A stretch of 64,000 nucleotides of DNA from the NCBI GenBank assembly GCA_965248265.1, contig CBDFJF010000001.1, positions 3,114,794 to 3,178,793 of the forward strand. Direction: 5' to 3'. Below the pieces are notes generated by a model that was given only the letters and a program-made list of their open reading frames with translations, was not told the DNA's origin and made no database searches. The DNA is from Candidatus Latescibacterota bacterium (GTDB lineage: Bacteria; Latescibacterota; UBA2968; UBA8231). Of the stretch, positions 18,007 to 27,216 are shown piece by piece (the first letter of the stretch is position 1; the number at the start of each line of letters is the position of its first letter). The position numbers and the translations under genes are program-made.

Positions 18007-19094
18007 AGGTTGAGGTCGCTGCCTGCCCGTACACCGTCCTGGTCGGGCACGACACTATCTCCGAACTCGGTAGCCATTGCCGTGCGCTTGAATTGGGATC
18101 GCGAGTCGCCGTGATCGTGGATCGAGCGTTGCAGGCGAGTTTTGCCCCGAAGGCCATCAACAGTCTCCGGGACCATGGTTTCGATCCGCTCGAGATCGAG
18201 TTTGCGGGCAGCGACGCCGCCAAGAACCTGACTACCGCAGAAGAAATCTTTGGACGCATGATCGAAGCAGAGTTGGATCGCGGCTCGTGGGTGCTGGCCC
18301 TGGGCGGAGGGGTTGTCGGTGATATGGGGGGGTTCGTCGCGGCCACCTACCTGCGCGGCGTCGACTGCGTGCAGGTTCCGACCACGGTTGTGGCGCAGGT
18401 AGATGCCAGCCTCGGTGGTAAGACGGGAGTCAATCACCGTCTGGGCAAGAATACGATCGGCGCCTTCCATCAGCCGCGACTCGTGTTCACGGACACGGCC
18501 AGCCTGCGCAGTCTGCCAAAACGCGAACGAGTCGCCGGCATGGCCGAGATGATCAAGCACGGTATCATTCGTGACGAGGAATTGTTTGCGTTTCTGGAAC
18601 AGCACCTGGAGGCGGTCGTCGACATGTCCATCGACGCGGAGCGCCTGGATTGGTTGATTGCCCGCAATGTCGCACTAAAGGCGGGGGTCGTAGCCAGTGA
18701 CGAGCGAGAGAGTGGCTTGCGTGCTATTCTCAACTACGGCCACACCATCGGGCACGCGATCGAAGCGGCGACCGAGTACCGTCAGTACAACCATGGAGAG
18801 GCTGTCATCCTGGGCATGGCGGCCGCGGGGGAGATTGCTTGTCGAATGGGTTTATGGCCGCAGACACAACGGCAGCGCCAGGACGATTTGCTGGAAAGGC
18901 TGGGCGTACCCGAAGGCATCGGTGGAGTCGATGCCGCGCGTATCGTCGAGCGTACGCACGCAGACAAGAAACGGATCAACGGCAAGATCCGCATGGTCCT
19001 CGCCCGCCAGGTTGGCCAAGCCGAACTCTTCGACGACATCGATGAAGCCACCATCCGTGCCGGTGTCGAGCATATCCAGGGTAAATACCGATGA
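17994..19094 (+). CDS. aroB: 3-dehydroquinate synthase
   Basis: ALGGGVVGDMGGF, PTT..AQVDASLGGKTG, KNTIGAFHQP, LNYGHTIGHAIE, HGEAV. Confidence 0.95.
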   Translation: MHRVEVEVAACPYTVLVGHDTISELGSHCRALELGSRVAVIVDRALQASFAPKAINSLRDHGFDPLEIEFAGSDAAKNLTTAEEIFGRMIEAELDRGSWVLALGGGVVGDMGGFVAATYLRGVDCVQVPTTVVAQVDASLGGKTGVNHRLGKNTIGAFHQPRLVFTDTASLRSLPKRERVAGMAEMIKHGIIRDEELFAFLEQHLEAVVDMSIDAERLDWLIARNVALKAGVVASDERESGLRAILNYGHTIGHAIEAATEYRQYNHGEAVILGMAAAGEIACRMGLWPQTQRQRQDDLLERLGVPEGIGGVDAARIVERTHADKKRINGKIRMVLARQVGQAELFDDIDEATIRAGVEHIQGKYR

Positions 19095-20452
19095 CGCGAC
19101 GGCCTGATAAGGTTCACCTGGTCAGCTTGGGATGTCCAAAGAATACGGTGGACTCCGAACGCATGCTGGGATTGCTCAACGGCAACGATTACGAGATCAC
19201 GGAGGATCCTGAGGAGGCCGATGTCGTCATCGTCAACACGTGCGGGTTTATCGGTCCGGCGAAGGAAGAGTCGATCGAGGCCATCATGGAGGCCCACGAG
19301 CTACGCGAGAAGGGCCGATGCAAGGGCGTCATCGTCACTGGTTGTCTGGCGGAGCGTTACCAGAGCACGCTCAAAGAGGATTTGATCGAGGCGGATCAGG
19401 TACTGACGCTGAGCCAGGAGAACGATATTGTCCGCAATGTCGACGAACTCCTGGGGAATGAGCGCGCAGCCTATCTGAACGCGCCCCGTTTGACCACGAC
19501 ACCCTCACACTGGGCCTACCTGCGGATTTCAGACGGATGTGACCACAAGTGCGCCTTTTGTGCCATTCCCTTGATCAAGGGGCGCCACCGCAGTGAGACC
19601 ATCGAAGATCTGGTTGCCGAAGCCAAACGGTTGGCCGGCGGCGGTGTTCGCGAACTCGTCCTGGTGGCGCAAGACTCCGTCCGCTATGGCGCGGACCTCT
19701 ACGGCCGCCCGCAGCTGGTTCCCCTGCTGGAGCAGCTGGCCGCAGTGAATGGAATCAAGTGGATGAGGTTGATGTACACCTATCCGGCCTTCTGGACGGA
19801 CGAGATGATCGACTTTTATGCCGATAGCAATACAATGTGTAACTACATCGACATGCCGCTGCAGCATATCTCCGATCCGGTGTTGAAAAGGATGCGCCGA
19901 GCAACGACCAAGGCCAAAACAGAGCGCCTGCTGGATCGCCTGCGCGAGCGCCTGCCCAATGTTGGGTTGCGATCCTCTTTCATCGTCGGCTTTCCGGGAG
20001 AAACCGAAGCTCAGTTCGCCGAATTGCTGGAATTTGTGGAACAGACCCGTTTCGACAACGCCACCTGCTTCATCTACTCACCTGAAGAGGGCACCGAGGC
20101 CCACGGTCTGGATGGCGAACTTCCCGAAGACGTCAAGGAGGAGCGCTTTCGCCAGCTGACCGAGCTACAGGACGGCATTTCGGCCGACATCAATCACGGG
20201 CTGGTAGGCACGCAACAGGTCGTCCTCGTCGATGGGCTGGTCAACGACGAGGCGGGAAGCGGCTGGAGTGGACGGCTGCAGCGAGATGCACCTGAAATCG
20301 ATGGGCACGTGCGCATCGAAGCGTGCACGGACAAACCTGGTGTTGATAGAGATCCTGGTGTTGATCCGTTGGTCGGCAAGTTCGCCCAGGTCGAGATCAT
20401 CGGCGCCTACCCCTACGAGCTTGTCGCTCGCTGGACAGGTAATTCCTGGTAA
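19091..20452 (+). CDS. rimO: Ribosomal protein uS12 methylthiotransferase (radical SAM)
   Basis: SLGCPKNTVDSE, NTCGFI..AKEES, CDHKCAFC, LMYTYP, YIDMPLQH, DAPEIDG. Confidence 0.93.
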   Translation: MTRRPDKVHLVSLGCPKNTVDSERMLGLLNGNDYEITEDPEEADVVIVNTCGFIGPAKEESIEAIMEAHELREKGRCKGVIVTGCLAERYQSTLKEDLIEADQVLTLSQENDIVRNVDELLGNERAAYLNAPRLTTTPSHWAYLRISDGCDHKCAFCAIPLIKGRHRSETIEDLVAEAKRLAGGGVRELVLVAQDSVRYGADLYGRPQLVPLLEQLAAVNGIKWMRLMYTYPAFWTDEMIDFYADSNTMCNYIDMPLQHISDPVLKRMRRATTKAKTERLLDRLRERLPNVGLRSSFIVGFPGETEAQFAELLEFVEQTRFDNATCFIYSPEEGTEAHGLDGELPEDVKEERFRQLTELQDGISADINHGLVGTQQVVLVDGLVNDEAGSGWSGRLQRDAPEIDGHVRIEACTDKPGVDRDPGVDPLVGKFAQVEIIGAYPYELVARWTGNSW

Positions 20453-20462
20453 GGAACGAGAG

Positions 20463-20816
20463 GTGGCAGAGGACAAGAGAAGGCGTCGCGCTCGGGCCGT
20501 CGAATTGACCGAAGACCAACTTCTGATTCAATGGTTGGACGGTCACGAGAGCCGGCTACCCCTGGAAGATCTTCGCCGCGATTGCCCTTGTGCCGTCTGT
20601 CGCGAGCATCGAAGCGCGCAGCCTGAGCCTTCGATTGGCGGTGGGGGAGAACTGCCGATGCTGAGCGCGGAAGCGGCCGCGGCGACGGCTGCGGCTACGG
20701 GATTTGACTACGTCGGCCGGTACGGGGTTCGCATCACCTGGGCCGACGGCCACGATACCGGCATCTACGTCTTCGAAGCACTGAGGGAGCTTGATGACGA
20801 CGACGATGACTCATGA
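20463..20816 (+). CDS. DUF971 / gamma-butyrobetaine hydroxylase N-terminal-like protein
   Basis: I.W.DGHES, LRRDCPCAVC, VGRYGVRITWADGHDTGIY. GTG 20463 follows GAGA/AAGGA. Confidence 0.85.
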   Translation: MAEDKRRRRARAVELTEDQLLIQWLDGHESRLPLEDLRRDCPCAVCREHRSAQPEPSIGGGGELPMLSAEAAAATAAATGFDYVGRYGVRITWADGHDTGIYVFEALRELDDDDDDS

Positions 20817-20850
20817 CTGATGAGCTCGAAGCTCATCAGTCATGAGTCAT
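20806..20850. terminator. Perfect 21-bp inverted repeat between convergent genes (probable bidirectional terminator/hairpin)
   Basis: ATGACTCATGACTGATGAGCT-CGA-AGCTCATCAGTCATGAGTCAT. It has no U-tract. Confidence 0.6.
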
Positions 20851-22921
20851 TCGTGTTCCGCGGTGCCCGGGCCAACCACAGTTCGATCAGAAGCAGCGCC
20901 AGGGCGACCATCAGGAACTCCCGCCACAGTTCCTGACCGTAGCGATTGGCGAGCAGGGCTGCCCCGAAGCCCTCGGCCCCGACCAGGTGCAGCTGTTGGG
21001 TCGCGAAGAGGGTTTCAAAACGCTCGCGTGGTAGCGGCGCCAGCCGTGATTCCCGACGATCGACATTCACCGCGAATCGATCGACCACCTCGCCGTTGTT
21101 TGACAGCGTCCAGATCCCCGACTCATCGACCCGCCTGACTATCCACACCAGCCTGCCATTTACGATTTCAGCATCCAGGTATGAGCGGCGTCCAGAGGGC
21201 GACTCCGCCTGGATCCTGTCGGCGTCGGCTGCACGCCCCAGCTCTCGCCTGACCGCCTCGCCGACCCGGTAGGTCTGTCCCGTCGCGGGCTGGCCAAGAT
21301 GCCTGCACAGGCGTTGCAACAACGGAACGAACAGTCCCTTCAACGGAAGATCGCTCCAACGCAGATCGAGGGGGACCGCGACAAGGACGACACGCCCGCT
21401 TCCGCTCGAGCCCTCGACGAGAGCTGGGCGTCCATCGGCGAAGAAGGCCAGAGTCTGCCCCGGCACGGATGGGGCGATGTCGAACGAGGTTGGGAATCTC
21501 GGGCGGTCTTGTGGCTGGGAGGTCCACAATCCACGCAGGAGCGAATGGAAGGGTTTCTCCTTGTCGAGGAAGGTCGCCTGCTCCGCGGCGCCGGCGGTGA
21601 TACCGGTGAGGGAGAATGGCATCAGTGGCGGTAGCAATCGACGGTTATAGTAGTTGAGATCAGCTTGAGTTGATGGGAAAATCACCAGGGCAGTACCCGC
21701 TTCCACGGATTGGTGGATTCGTCGGGTTCGCTCGCCAGACAACAACTGGAGATTGCACAACATGACAACGTCGTAGTCCACCAGCTCGATGGATTCGAGT
21801 TCGTCGAAAAGGCGGGCTTCGACCGTCACGGCTGGATCGGCGCCTGCAACTGCCGTGAGGGCCCGGCGCAGGTAGTAGGTATCGATTGAGCGTCTTCCCA
21901 GCAGGAGTACGCGGATCCGCTCGGGGACATGGAATGTGAAGTAGTGGCGGTTGTCGAGGGACAGGGCATCCTCCTCGATTTCAACCAAGCCGATCGTATG
22001 TCCCGACTGGCGTAAGGCGACGTTGAACTCGACCTGCGTTGTGCTTCGTGCCGGCAGCATCTCGATGGCCTGCCGCTGTACGCGCTCCCCGTTCAGGTAC
22101 AGATCGACGGGCACATCCTCAACATCTCTTCCACGGGTATTGGCTACCGATACCCGAAAAGCCATCCTCTGTCCGGCAGTCGGGGTCCACGATGCTGGCG
22201 ATACCGTGTCGACGTAGGTATTGCCCTTGGCTACTTCATCCGGCGGGCTGGCGTAGATTCGCAGGCCAGGCAGCAGATCCTCCATCTCGCGGACGGCGGT
22301 TGCCGCGTCGACCCAATCTCGCCGGACGAAGTCGGAGAGGATGAAGAGCTCGCGATCGGGCCGCGATTTGGCCGCAAGGACTGTGGCCGCCTCCATCATG
22401 GCAGTGGCCGGCGTCGTGGTCTCCTCTCCCGAGGTGAGTTCGGTCACTTGTGCACGGAGCTGAACCAGGCTCTCGGCGTGGAGGACATCAGCATGCTCAC
22501 CGAAGGTGATCACGGTAACATCGTCATGATCCGAGAACAGGCCGAGAAGGTCGAGAGCTTGATCGCGCAGCTGGGTGAATACCCGACCGGTTGGTAAGCG
22601 GTAGTTGGTACTGAGCGAGCGGTCGATGAGAACGGCGGTGGCCGTGGGAACACGCTTGCCGAGGAGGCCTTGGGCCCAATCGGCGCGATAGGTCGGACGA
22701 GCGAAGGCAGCTGCGATCAACCCCACTGCGAGCGTGCGCAGCAGTAACACCAACCACTGCCGAAGTTGGATACTGCGCATGCGGCGTTGATGCACCGCGC
22801 GCAGGAATTCGAGGTTACTGAATGGGCGTGGCCGCGAGCGGCCGCGGTGCAGCAGGTGGATGGCCAGCGGTACAAGCGCAGCCACCAGACCTACAAGGGC
22901 GAGCGGATTCAGAAAATGCAC
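20840..22921 (-). CDS. BatA-domain / vWA membrane protein with CARDB and glutamine-amidotransferase-like domains
   Basis: MHFLNP...PLAIHLL...FSNLEFL...LLLLRTLA...AFARP (BatA), IDRSLS (vWA), LSLDN, C-terminal FAVN...ES.L and TM helix ending E.W. Confidence 0.85.
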   Translation of the reverse strand: MHFLNPLALVGLVAALVPLAIHLLHRGRSRPRPFSNLEFLRAVHQRRMRSIQLRQWLVLLLRTLAVGLIAAAFARPTYRADWAQGLLGKRVPTATAVLIDRSLSTNYRLPTGRVFTQLRDQALDLLGLFSDHDDVTVITFGEHADVLHAESLVQLRAQVTELTSGEETTTPATAMMEAATVLAAKSRPDRELFILSDFVRRDWVDAATAVREMEDLLPGLRIYASPPDEVAKGNTYVDTVSPASWTPTAGQRMAFRVSVANTRGRDVEDVPVDLYLNGERVQRQAIEMLPARSTTQVEFNVALRQSGHTIGLVEIEEDALSLDNRHYFTFHVPERIRVLLLGRRSIDTYYLRRALTAVAGADPAVTVEARLFDELESIELVDYDVVMLCNLQLLSGERTRRIHQSVEAGTALVIFPSTQADLNYYNRRLLPPLMPFSLTGITAGAAEQATFLDKEKPFHSLLRGLWTSQPQDRPRFPTSFDIAPSVPGQTLAFFADGRPALVEGSSGSGRVVLVAVPLDLRWSDLPLKGLFVPLLQRLCRHLGQPATGQTYRVGEAVRRELGRAADADRIQAESPSGRRSYLDAEIVNGRLVWIVRRVDESGIWTLSNNGEVVDRFAVNVDRRESRLAPLPRERFETLFATQQLHLVGAEGFGAALLANRYGQELWREFLMVALALLLIELWLARAPRNTNDS

Positions 22922-23004
22922 GATCTGTTTATGGACGCAGGACGCGCTCTGTCAACTGGCAGAGCTGCGGGCTGTCAACGGGCGTGGTCTGCAGCCCCTG
23001 GATA

Positions 23005-23475
23005 TCAGGTTGGTGGGTGGTCCTTTTCTTCGGTCTCGATGGCTGCCAGGATTTGTTCTGCTGAGGTCGCTTCGACAAGTTGCTTCTTGAAGGCGTCGTT
23101 CTTGAGCAAGCGCGAGATGCGCGCCAGCGCCTTGATATGAGGACCGGAGACGTTGGCTGGAGACACCAACAGGAAGAATACGTAGGCGGGCTCTCCGTCC
23201 AGGGCCTCGAAATCGACCCCGCGTTTGTGGATTCCAAGGGCCGCGGCGAGATGAATGACGGAGTCCGACTTGCCGTGAGGGATCGCGATGCCGTCGCCGA
23301 TGCCCGTGCTCATGATCTTCTCGCGGTCGAGGACTGCTTGCAGGACCTTCTCTCGATCCGTGATTGAGTCACCCACCTTTAGCATATCCACCAACTCGCC
23401 GATAATCTCCTCTTTGGTGTTGCTCTGGAGGCCTACGACGGTCGATTCGGGCGACAAAATGTCCAAAAGCGTCAT
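23005..23475 (-). CDS. PTS EIIA component (fructose/nitrogen-regulatory type)
   Basis: LDREKIMSTGIGDGIAIPHGK, GVDFEALDGEP, HIKALARISRLL. Confidence 0.9.
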   Translation of the reverse strand: MTLLDILSPESTVVGLQSNTKEEIIGELVDMLKVGDSITDREKVLQAVLDREKIMSTGIGDGIAIPHGKSDSVIHLAAALGIHKRGVDFEALDGEPAYVFFLLVSPANVSGPHIKALARISRLLKNDAFKKQLVEATSAEQILAAIETEEKDHPPT

Positions 23476-23546
23476 TGTTCCATTACCATATATTACAGGG
23501 CGGACGGATAAAATCGAATATAACTTAAACTGTCCGTGGTTGCTAT

Positions 23547-24881
23547 ATGGATCGCGACGACTCGATCAAGAGCACGGTACTGCTCATCGCCTACCACTAC
23601 CCACCTGTGCGCTCCACCGGGGTGCAGCGGGTCGCCAAATTTGAACACTATCTGCCTGATTTCGGCTATCGGACGAAGGTCCTAACAACGGCCGCTTTCG
23701 GGAGGGGCGGTCAGCATGTTGAGGTGCTGAGAGCCTGGGAACCGCTGGGTCCCTACCGGTGGCTGTTCAACACTCGTGCAAGGCGAGATCGTGGCCTCGC
23801 CGCTCGGGTACGAACCGAATCCAGCCTGACTTCCAGATGGGCCCGCATAGCCCGTTCTGTTTTGATTCCGGACTCCCAGGTCACCTGGATTCCGGCAGCA
23901 TCCGCGCGGGCGCTGAATCAGCTGCGGACCGGGGCGGCAAACCTGGTCTACTCCACCTACCCGCCAGCAAGCGCTCATCTGGTAGCCTTGATCGCCAAAC
24001 AGATGACTGGTGCTCCATGGGTGGCCGATTTTCGTGACTCGTGGACGTCCGATCCGCTGGATCCTGATCTGCTTGCCAATCCGCACCGACTGGCGTTGGA
24101 GCGCAAACTGGAATCGACGGTCGTACGCACAGCCGATGCCATTATCACTTCGACTCCCGTCGCGGCAGATTACCTGAAGGAGGCTCACCCGGAGCAGGCG
24201 GATCGGATCCATGTGATCACCAACGGCTTCGACCCTGAGGATCTTTCCGACCAGATCGAGGCCCCTGCTTCCGATAGCTCACGGCCTCTGCGCCTCGTGC
24301 ACACCGGTTCCTTCTCGGGCAGCCATCCCTGGCGCAGCCCCCAGGGCTTGCTCGAGGCGTTACGGCTTCTGTTGACCGCGGATCCATCCTGGTCGCGACG
24401 ACTCAAAGTGACGCTGGTTGGTCATCTGACCCGCTCCGAGACGCAAGCCACAGCCGTACTGGCGTCGTCCGGCCTGGTGCAAATGGTTGAGGAGGCCGAT
24501 CACGGCGAGGCACTCAGGTTCCAGCAGGAGGGCGACGTACTCCTGCTGGTAGACCACCCGCGGCCATGGCCAGCATCCAATCTGCCGAACAAGCTGTTCG
24601 AGTACCTGGCGTTGCGGCGTCCGATACTGGCTTTGTGCACTCCAGGCATGGTCGCCGACACTGTATCGGGGCTCGAGGCGGGGATGTGCGCAGCTCCGGA
24701 CGACCCGCGCGCCATCGCCGGGGTGATAGGGCGTCTCTACGAAGCCTTCGCCTCCGGGACATTGCAGCAACACGCCTGCACCGCGCCGCTGGATCATTTT
24801 CACCGACGGTTCCTGACTCAGCAGTTGGCAGTCCGCTTCGACGATGTGCTCGCCCAACACGCTCGAGCGCCTTGTCCGTGA
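23547..24881 (+). CDS. GT4-like glycosyltransferase
   Basis: LLIAYHYPP...GVQRV.KF, ST.PP.SAH, WVADFRD.W, ITNGFD, KLFEYLA..RPIL. Confidence 0.85.
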   Translation: MDRDDSIKSTVLLIAYHYPPVRSTGVQRVAKFEHYLPDFGYRTKVLTTAAFGRGGQHVEVLRAWEPLGPYRWLFNTRARRDRGLAARVRTESSLTSRWARIARSVLIPDSQVTWIPAASARALNQLRTGAANLVYSTYPPASAHLVALIAKQMTGAPWVADFRDSWTSDPLDPDLLANPHRLALERKLESTVVRTADAIITSTPVAADYLKEAHPEQADRIHVITNGFDPEDLSDQIEAPASDSSRPLRLVHTGSFSGSHPWRSPQGLLEALRLLLTADPSWSRRLKVTLVGHLTRSETQATAVLASSGLVQMVEEADHGEALRFQQEGDVLLLVDHPRPWPASNLPNKLFEYLALRRPILALCTPGMVADTVSGLEAGMCAAPDDPRAIAGVIGRLYEAFASGTLQQHACTAPLDHFHRRFLTQQLAVRFDDVLAQHARAPCP

Positions 24882-26218
24882 ACGGGACCTCACCGCTGAT
24901 TTCGCTGGCCAATGCAAGCGCCGCCGCGATCCGGGGGAGTCGTGCAGCCTGGATCATTTTTGCCGCGGCTCTGGCGGCGCGGTTGGCCCAGGTCTTGGTA
25001 GTCGGCGAAATCCCAACGGACGACACCGCCGATTACGACGAGATCGCTCTCAACCTGCTCTCAGGAGAGGGCTTTGTCGCCCGTGAGAATTGGTTCGGCT
25101 TCGACATGTACTCCTGGCGGGCACCGGCCCATCCGTTCCTGCTCGCGGCGATCTATTATGTGTTCGGGTACGGCCACACTGCTCCATTGATCATACAAGC
25201 ACTGATCGGTGCCGCCACGGCCGTCGTCGTCTACAATCTCGGACGACTTATACATCCCGCCTCCGCTTTGCTCGCGGGAGGGCTCCTTGCCGCGTACGGG
25301 CCCTTGATCCGGGCTACCAGCACGTTGTCGACCGAGCCACTGTTCATCCTGTTGACGGTAAGCGCCGTTCACCAGCTGACGCTAGGTGAGCGATTGGAAT
25401 TGGAGTCGCCACGTCTCCGGTTTCACACCGTATGGTGCGGTATCCTCATAGCGGCCGCCGCCTTGACCCGTCCGGTTGGTCTGATGTTGCTGCCGGTGCA
25501 GGTGGGTATATGGTACTGGCGAGCCCGTGCAGGACGAGGCAGAGGTTGGATCCGTCGCAGCCTCTGGTTGAGCGTGGGGGTAGTCTTGCTCGTAGCGCCA
25601 TGGACGTTGCGCAACTATCGCGTCCACGACACGCTGGTTCCCATCTCAACCCACGGCGGTTTCATATTCGCGCACAGCAACGCAACTGATCCGGATTGGA
25701 GGAAAAAGCAGCACGCGTGGCGCATCGAGCGGGAGGTGTTCGACCGATTGCCGACGGAGATCGCCCGCGACCGTTACTGGATCCAGCAGGGTCTTGACTA
25801 CATCCGAACCCATCCAGCCCATTACGTCCAACTGGTCGGCGAGCGTCTGCTGCGCTTCTGGTACTTTTTCGAACCGCAATACAACTTCTGGTTCATGTCC
25901 GTGCTGCCATTCTGGGTGGCGGGTGTCCTCCGCTACGGCAGCCGTGATCGGTACTTATTGCTGACATCCTTCATGACCGCCTGTATAGCTGTTTTTACCC
26001 TGATTCTGTACGCCTCGGTCCGTTTCAGGCTCGCCCTGGAGCCTTTTTTCGTCCTCTACGCCAGCTCTTATCTGCGTGACTACTGGAACAGGCTGGGTCC
26101 CGAGCGCGCGACCCGAACGGTTGGACTCGTCGTCCTCATCAATGGATTGATCTGGTGGCAGGACGAGGCGTTGCGTCAGCTGCTGCTCGGAGTCATACGG
26201 CAATGGAATCTGGGATGA
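24878..26218 (+). CDS. GT-C membrane glycosyltransferase (ArnT/GT39-like)
   Basis: D..DYDEIA.NL..GEG, RAP.HP..LA, TEPLF, LTRP, PWTLRNY, many TM helices. GTG 24878 overlaps the upstream TGA. Confidence 0.8.
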   Translation: MNGTSPLISLANASAAAIRGSRAAWIIFAAALAARLAQVLVVGEIPTDDTADYDEIALNLLSGEGFVARENWFGFDMYSWRAPAHPFLLAAIYYVFGYGHTAPLIIQALIGAATAVVVYNLGRLIHPASALLAGGLLAAYGPLIRATSTLSTEPLFILLTVSAVHQLTLGERLELESPRLRFHTVWCGILIAAAALTRPVGLMLLPVQVGIWYWRARAGRGRGWIRRSLWLSVGVVLLVAPWTLRNYRVHDTLVPISTHGGFIFAHSNATDPDWRKKQHAWRIEREVFDRLPTEIARDRYWIQQGLDYIRTHPAHYVQLVGERLLRFWYFFEPQYNFWFMSVLPFWVAGVLRYGSRDRYLLLTSFMTACIAVFTLILYASVRFRLALEPFFVLYASSYLRDYWNRLGPERATRTVGLVVLINGLIWWQDEALRQLLLGVIRQWNLG

Positions 26219-27216
26219 GTGTGAGGGCAACGGGAAGTGGGAATCCGGAGCCGCCGCCGGAACTGTCCATCTGCATCGTCACGTGGAATTCAGAATCGGT
26301 CATAAGTAATTGTTTACAAGCAATTTATAGAGATAATAGAAGCGGGGAGTGGGAAGTCTTCGTCATCGACAATGCGTCAACGGACTCCAGTTCCGAAATC
26401 GTTCGGGAAGGATTTCCTCAGGTAGTGTTGTTGGAGCCTGGAGAGAATCTTGGATTCAGCGGGGCGAACAATCTGGCTCTTCAACAGGCGGCGGGTGATT
26501 TTCTTCTTTTGCTCAATCCCGATACCGAACCGCGCCAGGGAGCCCTCGGCCAACTGGTGGATTTCATGCGGCAAGAGTCTGGTGCCGGGATCGTTGGTCC
26601 GCGCTTGATCGGTCCGGACGGCAGGCTGGAATTGTCGTGCGGGAGGAGTCCGACATTGCTCAGCGAGATCGGACGTAAATTGTTATTGCACAGAGTGTTC
26701 CCGTTTTTTAGATTTGCCGCCTGGGATCATCGGACGAAGCGCTCGGTTGGATGGGTGACGGGTGCTTGCTTGATGATACGCCGTACAACGTGTACCCAGG
26801 CTGGGTATCTCGATTCGCGTATTTTCATGTGCCTGGAGGATGTTGACTGGTGCATGAGAGTACGACAGGCTGGCTGGGATGTTGTCTATTTCCCGGAAAG
26901 TGAGGTTGTTCACATCGGTGGGAGCAGTATTCGGGCTAACTTCACTGAGATGCTCGTGGTCAGCCAGCAGAGCCTGTTCTACCTGTTTTTCAAGCACTTC
27001 GGTCCTTTCCATGCGCACATCCTCAGGCTCTTCACCCTGATAGAAATGGGCCTGAGGGCAGTGCTGTGGAGCGTTATGATTGCATCACCCGCTCGACGTC
27101 TGGAGGCGAGGCAGAGGTTGCTGGCCTATTCGCTGATCCTCCGAAAGACCGTTGTGGAACGCTCCTACTACCATCCCTGCGAAGAGAAAGGCATCACAGG
27201 TACACCAGATGAGTGA
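26215..27216 (+). CDS. GT2 glycosyltransferase (WbbL-like)
   Basis: IVTWNS, IDNASTD, NLGFSGANN, LLLNPD, GACLMIR, EDVDWC. ATG at 26215. Confidence 0.88.
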   Translation: MSVRATGSGNPEPPPELSICIVTWNSESVISNCLQAIYRDNRSGEWEVFVIDNASTDSSSEIVREGFPQVVLLEPGENLGFSGANNLALQQAAGDFLLLLNPDTEPRQGALGQLVDFMRQESGAGIVGPRLIGPDGRLELSCGRSPTLLSEIGRKLLLHRVFPFFRFAAWDHRTKRSVGWVTGACLMIRRTTCTQAGYLDSRIFMCLEDVDWCMRVRQAGWDVVYFPESEVVHIGGSSIRANFTEMLVVSQQSLFYLFFKHFGPFHAHILRLFTLIEMGLRAVLWSVMIASPARRLEARQRLLAYSLILRKTVVERSYYHPCEEKGITGTPDE

